Shown piece by piece: positions 26,961-33,254 of a DNA stretch of 36,249 nt; the stretch's first letter is position 1; each line of letters begins with the position of its first letter. Below the pieces are notes generated by a model that was not told the origin of the DNA, did not search any database, and saw nothing but the letters and a program-made list of their open reading frames with translations. Position numbers and translations under genes: made by a program. Origin of the DNA: a virus (taxonomy: Duplodnaviria; Caudoviricetes); the IMG/VR virus record IMGVR_UViG_3300028423_000524, positions 1 to 36,249 of that record; one strand, written 5' to 3'.

Positions 26961-27414
26961 GCGAAAATCAAGCCCCCTACAATTCGACGCGGACATCCTC
27001 CGGAGAAAAGGATTCGTCCAGCGACCTGATGGCCGGTGGGAAAAACCCGCTGCTGGTGTGGATCGATTGCAAGGTCGAGAGCACCCCGAACAGGCGGGAG
27101 CATTGGACCAAAACCCGAAGCAGGAACCGAAGCCAAAAACTGGCCGTAAGAAAAGTGCTCGCCGGGTTAAATCCGCCGGAGGTTCCCGGCGAAAGCAAGA
27201 GCACACGATGATTGTGACACTCACCTGCCATGTGCCGAGATACTTTGATAGCGACAACGCGACGATTGCGACGAAAGCGATCCGGGACGAGATCGCGGAC
27301 TGGTTGGGCGTGGATGACGGCGACAGGCGGGTTCTCTGGGAAGTTGACCAAACACTCACGCGGGGCGTTCCTGGCGTTTGTGTGGCGATTAGAAGGGCGG
27401 CGGATGCAGGTTGA
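26950..27414 (+). CDS. RusA-like Holliday junction resolvase; N-terminal frame ambiguous (26950 vs 26957)
   Basis: D.DN....K..RD......GVDD catalytic pattern lies in 27208..27414. Confidence 0.6.
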   Translation: MSNERKSSPLQFDADILRRKGFVQRPDGRWEKPAAGVDRLQGREHPEQAGALDQNPKQEPKPKTGRKKSARRVKSAGGSRRKQEHTMIVTLTCHVPRYFDSDNATIATKAIRDEIADWLGVDDGDRRVLWEVDQTLTRGVPGVCVAIRRAADAG

Positions 27415-27838
27415 CCGGACAGAACTCAACGCGGCGGTGGCCGGGGCGCACAAGCGGGGCATCTTGACTGAGCGGCTGGCCGTGCTCGCGATGGGTATTG
27501 CTCGGGGGTATCTGGCTTCGGAGAAGTTTAAGGGTTACAGTGAGGCGGATCGCGAGGATATTTTTGGAGCGTGGACTGTGCGTTTTGTTAAAACGTGGTC
27601 GCGATTAGATCCGGAGAAAAACTGCCATGCTTACATCACGCGGGGGGTCGAATTGGCATGGAAGGATCACGCCCGGAGCACGTCGAGGCGACTCAGGCGG
27701 GAACACGCTAAGGCAGAGGCGATGTTGGCGGAAGAGACGGACCGGATTCAGCGGTTTGTGCGATCCTACGAAGCTGAGTTGGGCGACGGGCCGGGGATTG
27801 TGCCGATGGAGGATTTTGAGAGGAAAATTAAACACTGA
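27404..27838 (+). CDS. T4 gp55-like small sigma factor (region 2)
   Basis: IA......KF.GYS...RED.........W...DPEK...AYIT.....AW resembles gp55 region 2; last backbone early gene before the accessory region. Confidence 0.65.
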   Translation: MQVDRTELNAAVAGAHKRGILTERLAVLAMGIARGYLASEKFKGYSEADREDIFGAWTVRFVKTWSRLDPEKNCHAYITRGVELAWKDHARSTSRRLRREHAKAEAMLAEETDRIQRFVRSYEAELGDGPGIVPMEDFERKIKH

Positions 27839-27957
27839 GGACAGGCACGAAGCGAAACAATTACAACCAACGAAAGAAAACCAATGAGTGACGAAAATGC
27901 AAAATGTAACGACCAACCCGCGAGCGAGCGGAGTTGTCCTGATCCGGCTGGTTATGC
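27827..27957 (-). repeat. attC-like site 1 (131 bp)
   Basis: Plus strand: AAC-actga-GGACAGGCAC ... GTTGTCCTGATCC-ggctg-GTTATGC. The loop holds ATG 27884. Confidence 0.75.
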
Positions 27958-28183
27958 TCCCTTCGTGCCTCCGTTTCACTACCGGACCGAGCTGCGCTAC
28001 ATAGCAGATTCGAGAGGCGCGGTCATGGCTGATCTTAGAATGTGGCCTGCGCTGACGGGCTACAAAATCAAAGACCAAGAACGAATCGGGAATTGGATCG
28101 CGGAGTCTTTGAGCGACTGCGCTTTTGCGGACCGAGACGGTGATAACCTTCAGCATAACGCTGAGATGGATAATGGCGAGTAG
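27884..28183 (+). CDS. cassette 1 hypothetical protein
   Basis: Starts in the site 1 loop and stops in site 2. Confidence 0.65.
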   Translation: MSDENAKCNDQPASERSCPDPAGYAPFVPPFHYRTELRYIADSRGAVMADLRMWPALTGYKIKDQERIGNWIAESLSDCAFADRDGDNLQHNAEMDNGE

Positions 28184-28281
28184 ATCGCCTGTGTGACTTT
28201 AACAATCAACGAAAGATAGAATATGCCTAATGATACAGAAAACGCCAATGCCTCGCCATTGATCCAATCGACTGGTTCGCA
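28153..28281 (-). repeat. attC-like site 2 (129 bp)
   Basis: Minus strand: TGCGAAC-CAGTC-GATTGGAT-C-AATGGCGAG ... CTCGCCATT-ATCCATC-TCAGC-GTTATGC, with two extrahelical bases. Confidence 0.8.
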
Positions 28282-28732
28282 ATCGATTGGCTGGATGGGG
28301 TCAATCCGAGACAAAGACGCTGGGCATGTAAATGTGCACCAAGGCTGTGCCTCGCTGTCTTGGGGTATGATGGAAAGGGTGCGAGCAAAATTTCCAGATG
28401 ATGAAGAATTTGAAGTTTATATTTCAATTCGTCCTGAGAACGTAGAGGACAGGCACGAAGTGAGGAACGAACGAAGTTGTCCTGATCCGGCTGGTTCTCG
28501 ACCGAAGGTTAAGGACTGTCGATACTGGAACAAACTGCCACTACTGGCGACAAGCGATTGGATTGTGAGTGCTCTTCTAGCTCAAGAGCTAGAAGATGAG
28601 AACGAACGCTACCGAAAAGCATTAGAGGAAATTGCTGGCAACGAATCGGGCGTAAACGCTGAACGGGCAGACGGTATTGCAATCGCCGCATTAGCTTTCG
28701 AGAACACTGAGGACAGGCGCACAGGAGAATGA
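28223..28732 (+). CDS. cassette 2+3 in-frame fusion, hypothetical protein
   Basis: Starts in the site 2 loop, reads through site 3 (ENVEDRHEVRNERSCPDPAGS) and stops in site 4. Confidence 0.65.
   Translation: MPNDTENANASPLIQSTGSQSIGWMGSIRDKDAGHVNVHQGCASLSWGMMERVRAKFPDDEEFEVYISIRPENVEDRHEVRNERSCPDPAGSRPKVKDCRYWNKLPLLATSDWIVSALLAQELEDENERYRKALEEIAGNESGVNAERADGIAIAALAFENTEDRRTGE
28435..28500 (-). repeat. attC-like site 3 (66 bp)
   Basis: TGAGAAC-gtaga-GGACAGGCAC ... GTTGTCCTGATCC-ggctg-GTTCTCG. Confidence 0.8.
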
Positions 28733-28807
28733 CTATGAGTGACGAACCAGAAACGACGAAACGAATGGCGGCGCGATTCCCGTGTTGCCTGATCCGGCTG
28801 GTTCGCA
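28699..28807 (-). repeat. attC-like site 4 (109 bp)
   Basis: CGAGAAC-actga-GGACAGGCGCAC ... GTGTTGCCTGATCC-ggctg-GTTCGCA. The loop holds AGGAG and ATG. Confidence 0.78.
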
Positions 28808-29058
28808 GAGCCGGGCCGAATGTGTGCTGGGTAATGATGATGGTTTTTATTCTGACCGCAAACAGCCGAGCCGCTGGGGTTGATGCGCTCCTAGTGGCGA
28901 TCTTATCCGTGCGGCAGAAGTGTTTTTTTTACGAGGCTCATGTTGCGCTCCGAGTGCTCTTGCATGATGCGGGCAATGGAAATAACTCATTTGTGAAGCT
29001 CTTGGCCCCATTATGTGGCTGGCCCCATTTTGTGGTCTTGCCTTCGATTGCGCCTTGA
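28729..29058 (+). CDS. cassette 4 ORF, probably truncated; C-terminal part doubtful
   Basis: Good start in the site 4 loop (ATG 28729 or 28735), but the sequence after ~28810 looks non-coding and no matching closing core was seen. Confidence 0.3.
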   Translation: MTMSDEPETTKRMAARFPCCLIRLVRRAGPNVCWVMMMVFILTANSRAAGVDALLVAILSVRQKCFFYEAHVALRVLLHDAGNGNNSFVKLLAPLCGWPHFVVLPSIAP

Positions 29059-29099
29059 ACTCATAGGACTGCTGGTTTCTAATTATATTATTCCCCTTT

Positions 29100-29990
29100 A
29101 TGCCACTAAGTAAGACACATATTTCTGCAATATCTCGGATGTTCTCTGCAGGCGTCTTGCATGAACTGGCGAATACGGGGCGTTCGCCGCTGTTTGCTCG
29201 TTTGTTTTGCCAGTCCGGTTTGTCGGAAATGCAAAAAGGGGAGACGCCAACCGTGGGTGCAGCTTATGAAGCTGCTTTCTCAGTTTTGCGTCAATCAGGT
29301 ATTCGCGACGAATACATTTATCGTGCCGCATTGACTCATAATATCCTGCTCGGCCGTCATTCCCTCAATTCAGCTAGTATGTTGACTGAGTTTAGGGCCG
29401 GTAAATGTAAGGTCGACTTGGTCATTTTAAACGTAACAGGGACGGCCTACGAAATTAAATCTGACCGAGATTCATTGTCTCGTCTCAGCAATCAGCTGCT
29501 AAATTACCGTAAGGTTTTCTCGAAAGTTTACGTGATTGCCGGTAAGTCGCATGTGCAAGAAATTCTGGAGTCGACCCCTGCTTCGATAGGAGTTCTCAGC
29601 TTGTTGAGATGGAACCGGATTCATACTGTTAGGGAGGCGCAGGAGGACTTTGATGCTTTATGTTCAGATGCGATATTTGATTCGCTCCGGGTCGAAGAGG
29701 CTCGGCAACTCTTGCGAAATTTGGACGTCTCGGTGCCTGATGTTCCGAATATGCATCTCCGTAGTGTGATGCGTGAGTTATTTGCGGATCTTTCCACACG
29801 CAAGGTGCATGAAGAAATGGTTTCTGTTCTTAAGGAAAAGCGCAATTTGGCATCTCTGGCATCAGCGGTTGAAAAGTTGCCTGCCGCTCTGCAACCTGCC
29901 GTCTTGTCTCTAAAGCTTCGTCCGACCAGCCGTGAACGGTTGGTTTCAGTCATGGGCACACCAATGGACGAGGCCTTAACTTGGGCTTAA
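29100..29990 (+). CDS. sce7726 family protein (PD-(D/E)XK nuclease-like)
   Basis: R.EY.Y.......LLGRHSL....ML.EFR.G..K.DLVILN.....YEIKS.RD...RL..Q...Y...F..VYV signature; followed by an sce7725-like start. Confidence 0.8.
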   Translation: MPLSKTHISAISRMFSAGVLHELANTGRSPLFARLFCQSGLSEMQKGETPTVGAAYEAAFSVLRQSGIRDEYIYRAALTHNILLGRHSLNSASMLTEFRAGKCKVDLVILNVTGTAYEIKSDRDSLSRLSNQLLNYRKVFSKVYVIAGKSHVQEILESTPASIGVLSLLRWNRIHTVREAQEDFDALCSDAIFDSLRVEEARQLLRNLDVSVPDVPNMHLRSVMRELFADLSTRKVHEEMVSVLKEKRNLASLASAVEKLPAALQPAVLSLKLRPTSRERLVSVMGTPMDEALTWA

Positions 29991-29997
29991 CTTAAAA

Positions 29998-30381
29998 ATG
30001 TATTATCCTTATTTCCGAGGTAAGCAGTTTGAACTGATCGCAATTCGAGAGACAGCGGCTCTGATGGCTGCATCTGGATTCGTCCCCATTATCGAACCGG
30101 TTCGCGAGGCCATGAATGGCTTGAGACGAGCTCTGGAAGCGATTTGCGAAGCAAACGGGAGCGCTATATTGGTCGTGAATCCGGACAATGGCGATCACGC
30201 TGGAAACCATCTACATGCGCTCCAAAAATTCAGGAGCATATTTTTTGAGACTTTCCCGAAAGGTGAGAAGGATGATCCGGATCGAATTGTAATTACGAAT
30301 ATGAAAAGCCGCTCGAGAATCACAATTGATGAGGGGCCAGTTGAGACAATTCGCCCGCCGATTTGGGATTCTTTAATCTAA
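29998..30381 (+). pseudogene. truncated sce7725 family gene fused to an unrelated 3' fragment
   Basis: MYYPYFRGKQFELIAIRE...PIIEPV...VNP..GD is the sce7725 N-terminus. Recognisable similarity ends near 30205 and the ORF is only 127 aa. Confidence 0.65.
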
Positions 30382-30399
30382 CAGACCATTAGAAGGAAC
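30376..30399 (-). other. attI-like simple site
   Basis: Minus strand GTTCC-TTCTAAT-GGTCT-GTTAGAT: a perfect GTTRRRY core, 5-bp spacer and degenerate L box, no hairpin partner. It marks the right edge of the accessory region. Confidence 0.5.
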
Positions 30400-30407
30400 T
30401 GCAAAGC

Positions 30408-30755
30408 ATGAGAAACCCTAATAACTACACTCAAGCGCAGCGGCGATTAGGTGGCCTTAATCGACCAAAGCGCGAAGAGCGGTTTGAGGAGGTGATTGCT
30501 CGCTTCCGCGCTGACCGTAAGGGGCATGTCGTGGCCGAGGGCGTTACATACTCAGCCCAAGGTGAATCCCATTGGCAGGTGCGGCACTCGACGGCCCATG
30601 CGGATCAATTCGACGTGTTGGCCGATGGCCGGAGGATTACCAGGGGCGGTCCGCGCCAACTACCTACGCCGTGGATTCGCAAAAAGGCGAGGGCGGCGAA
30701 GGAGCAAAACGCAACTTACGCGGCTATCGGCGTAAATACTGACGATGAGCGATAA
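30408..30755 (+). CDS. hypothetical protein
   Basis: AAGGA upstream of the ATG; basic 115 aa ORF before terS. Confidence 0.55.
   Translation: MRNPNNYTQAQRRLGGLNRPKREERFEEVIARFRADRKGHVVAEGVTYSAQGESHWQVRHSTAHADQFDVLADGRRITRGGPRQLPTPWIRKKARAAKEQNATYAAIGVNTDDER
30729..30738 (+). promoter_or_regulatory. putative late promoter GGCGTAAATA
   Basis: Ends 6 nt before the terS ATG. Confidence 0.6.
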
Positions 30756-31134
30756 AAAGCTAACTCCAAAGCAGGATCGTTTCTGTCGCGAATATGTAGT
30801 TAATCTTAACGGCACTCAGGCGGCGATTCGTGCGGGGTATAGCAAAAGGACGGCAAATCGTATTGCCGCAAACCTGTTGTCAAAAGTTGTCATTTGCGAA
30901 CGGGTCGCAAGACTGGCGGCAAAAGCGAATGAAAAGGCCGAGGTCACAAGCGAAGAGATTTTGAACGGACTGGCTGAGATTGCCCGCAACGGGGAGGAAA
31001 AAACGTCGGACCGGATCAAATCCTGGGAGCTGCTTGGCAAATACCGGACGCTCTGGACAGAGAAGCACGAGCACGAGCACAAGGGCGATTTCAACTTCAA
31101 CATGGTCCTCCACGAACGAAAGACTGAAAAATGA
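30745..31134 (+). CDS. terS: terminase small subunit
   Basis: KLTPKQ.RFC.EY....N.TQAAIRAGYS..TA....NLL and R.K..ELLGK motifs. Confidence 0.92.
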   Translation: MSDKKLTPKQDRFCREYVVNLNGTQAAIRAGYSKRTANRIAANLLSKVVICERVARLAAKANEKAEVTSEEILNGLAEIARNGEEKTSDRIKSWELLGKYRTLWTEKHEHEHKGDFNFNMVLHERKTEK

Positions 31135-31379
31135 TAACTGATGCAAATGGAATGGGCGCTGATTTCGCAAGGGATCGGCCAGAATTAAGCGAGAAGGTGG
31201 GTTTGAAAGTTATTGAGACCCTAGAGTCGCGTTTAGGGCGAAAGCCTGCTGAGGGCGAAATTGAGGCCAAGGGCTCACAGATGGTGCATCCGAATGGCAA
31301 TGTCACGTTTTGCTGGGAGGATCAGGCGTTTCTCCGGCTGGTGTTTGGCCAGGGCAAGGTCACGATTTTGGAGGTTTGA
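31131..31379 (+). CDS. hypothetical protein
   Basis: Start overlaps the terS stop; fills the gap to terL. Confidence 0.55.
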   Translation: MITDANGMGADFARDRPELSEKVGLKVIETLESRLGRKPAEGEIEAKGSQMVHPNGNVTFCWEDQAFLRLVFGQGKVTILEV

Positions 31380-31381
31380 CG

Positions 31382-32665
31382 GTGCCAGACATTCCCGTCA
31401 CGCCGAACTTCGCGCGGTTCAAGGAGGGTGTCGCATCCGGCCAGCGTTATCTGCTGTTCGAGGGCTCGTCGGGGTCCAGCAAGACGATCAGCATTCTACA
31501 AGGCGCGGTTGAGTGGTGTCTGACGCATCCCGGCAAGACATGGACCACCTACCGGAATGACCGGGCGACGTGCCATGACTCGGTTGTGAAGGACTTCAAG
31601 TTTGTGCTCGGGGAGCAATTCGGAATCTGGAACCTCGGCAAATGGAACGTCCAGAATCTTGAGTATGAGTTCCCGAACGGCTCGAAGCTGCAATTCCGGG
31701 GCGCGAACGATCCGGCCAAACTACACGGCCCCCGGCGCGACGTAGCCCATTTTAACGAGGTCATGGAGATTGACAAAGAGGCGTTCGACCAGGTGGACGG
31801 GCGAACGTCGGAGTTTATCGTCTGCGACTGGAATCCGAGTTTCAATCATCACTGGGTTTTTGACTCGATTATCGGCTCCGGGGAGGAGTTTTACACGCAT
31901 TCAACGTTCGAGGATAACCCGTTTCTGGCCGAAGCTTCCCGGCGGGTCATTTACTCATGGAAGCCGACACAAGAGAACAAGCACAAAGGCACGGCTGACG
32001 AATGGAAGTGGAGCGTTTACGGCCTTGGGAAGCGTGGTCGGCGTGAAGGCGCGATTTTTAAAGCGTGGGATATTACCGATGACTTCCCAAATCCGATGGA
32101 CTGTCAGCGGCACGGCTACGGGTTGGACTACGGTTTCAGCCTCGATCCGACTGCGCTGGTCGAGTGTGCGCTGTTCCAGGATCGGCTTTACCTGCGTCAG
32201 CGACTCTACGAGAAAGAATTAATCGCCCAGGCGAACCCGCTTGATCCGACAACGGCGAGCATTGAGGGGCGGCTTCGCGAGCTAGGCATCCCGGAACACG
32301 CGCGAATCCACGTCGAGAGCGCAAGACCGGAGATTAACCGGGCATTGCAGAAGTCGGGCTTCAAGATGATTCCGACAATTAAAAGCCCGGATTCGATCTT
32401 AGCCGGAATCGACCGACTGCGGACGTTTCCGATCTTCATCCACCGGAACAGCCAGGATTGCCAGCGGGAATTTGAGGGCTACGCGTGGGACAAAAACGCA
32501 AGCGGCGAGTATTTGGACAGGCCGATTGACCGGGACAACCACCTGATCGACGCGGCGAGATATTGGGCGCTCGGCGAACTGAACCCGGATAGGAGCCTTT
32601 ACTCGCCCCGCCGGGGCAAAAGGCGCTCTCGTAAGGCTAAGAGCAATCTCAAGGTGTGGCGATGA
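31382..32665 (+). CDS. terL: terminase large subunit (PBSX/SPP1-like)
   Basis: Walker A EGSSGSSKT, F.NGS...F.G...P.KL.G, Walker B HFNE, NP....HW, GLDYGF..DPTA, NHLIDAARY. GTG start after GGAGG. Confidence 0.92.
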   Translation: MPDIPVTPNFARFKEGVASGQRYLLFEGSSGSSKTISILQGAVEWCLTHPGKTWTTYRNDRATCHDSVVKDFKFVLGEQFGIWNLGKWNVQNLEYEFPNGSKLQFRGANDPAKLHGPRRDVAHFNEVMEIDKEAFDQVDGRTSEFIVCDWNPSFNHHWVFDSIIGSGEEFYTHSTFEDNPFLAEASRRVIYSWKPTQENKHKGTADEWKWSVYGLGKRGRREGAIFKAWDITDDFPNPMDCQRHGYGLDYGFSLDPTALVECALFQDRLYLRQRLYEKELIAQANPLDPTTASIEGRLRELGIPEHARIHVESARPEINRALQKSGFKMIPTIKSPDSILAGIDRLRTFPIFIHRNSQDCQREFEGYAWDKNASGEYLDRPIDRDNHLIDAARYWALGELNPDRSLYSPRRGKRRSRKAKSNLKVWR

Positions 32666-33144
32666 AGTTGACGCATGAGCCGGACACGGCGGGCATCCTG
32701 CATACGCTGGTTATATTCACACAGGAATGGCCGGAGCGTGATTTGTTCCGCTGGGCAAAAGCGGACGAGCTTCAAAGCAAAGCGGAATGGATCGCCGATC
32801 ACGCGCATCTGTGGCAGGTGTGGCAGGGCGGTCGGCTGGTCGGCTACTTCGCGGCGGTCGATTTCGGGCGTGGGCGCTGGTCGGTGCATTTCGGGGGGCG
32901 CCGGCCGATCCCAAGCGGGCGGGCGATGCTGGTTGCGTGGCGCAAGCTGCAAGCGGTTTTCCGGGCAAACGGGGTGCGGCTTCTTGTGGCGTATATACCA
33001 CCAGAGCGGCCTGAGATTCAACGGGCGGCACGCATATTCCAATTCCGACAATTCAAAACACTATGGGCTCTCAACCTAAAGCACCCGATATCAAACCTCC
33101 ACCCAAGGCGGCACCTGCCGTCACGCCCGAAGACGAAAGCGTAA
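32662..33144 (+). CDS. GNAT-fold-like protein
   Basis: G.LVGYF.......W.VHF and L.AYIP.........A...F pattern; ATGA overlap with terL. Assignment is weak. Confidence 0.45.
   Translation: MKLTHEPDTAGILHTLVIFTQEWPERDLFRWAKADELQSKAEWIADHAHLWQVWQGGRLVGYFAAVDFGRGRWSVHFGGRRPIPSGRAMLVAWRKLQAVFRANGVRLLVAYIPPERPEIQRAARIFQFRQFKTLWALNLKHPISNLHPRRHLPSRPKTKA
32988..32997 (+). promoter_or_regulatory. putative late promoter GGCGTATATA
   Basis: 65 nt upstream of ATG 33063, which precedes the portal gene. Confidence 0.45.
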
Positions 33145-33254
33145 AGAGCGCGGGCGATGCCGAGCGTCGGCGGATCGCTGCAATGGCGGGGCGTAATAAC
33201 ACTGTCCAAAGCAAGCGCAATGCGAGCGGATACAAGACCGTTCTCGGGGTATGA
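33063..33254 (+). CDS. small Pro/Lys-rich virion protein preceding the portal
   Basis: MGSQPKAPDIKPPP...GR..T......KTVLG pattern typical of pre-portal genes in podoviruses. Confidence 0.7.
   Translation: MGSQPKAPDIKPPPKAAPAVTPEDESVKSAGDAERRRIAAMAGRNNTVQSKRNASGYKTVLGV

Noticed and set aside
27827-28807. CRISPR array interpretation of the repeats
   Set aside because: The repeats are bipartite hairpin arms of variable length separated by roughly 150-200 bp of coding sequence, not constant repeats with 30-40 bp spacers. No cas genes are present.
29100-29110. ATGCCACTAAG shared between the sce7726 start and the minus strand at 35960-35970
   Set aside because: A single 11-bp match is plausible by chance in 36 kb. 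Noted only because it adjoins the anti-RBS segment.
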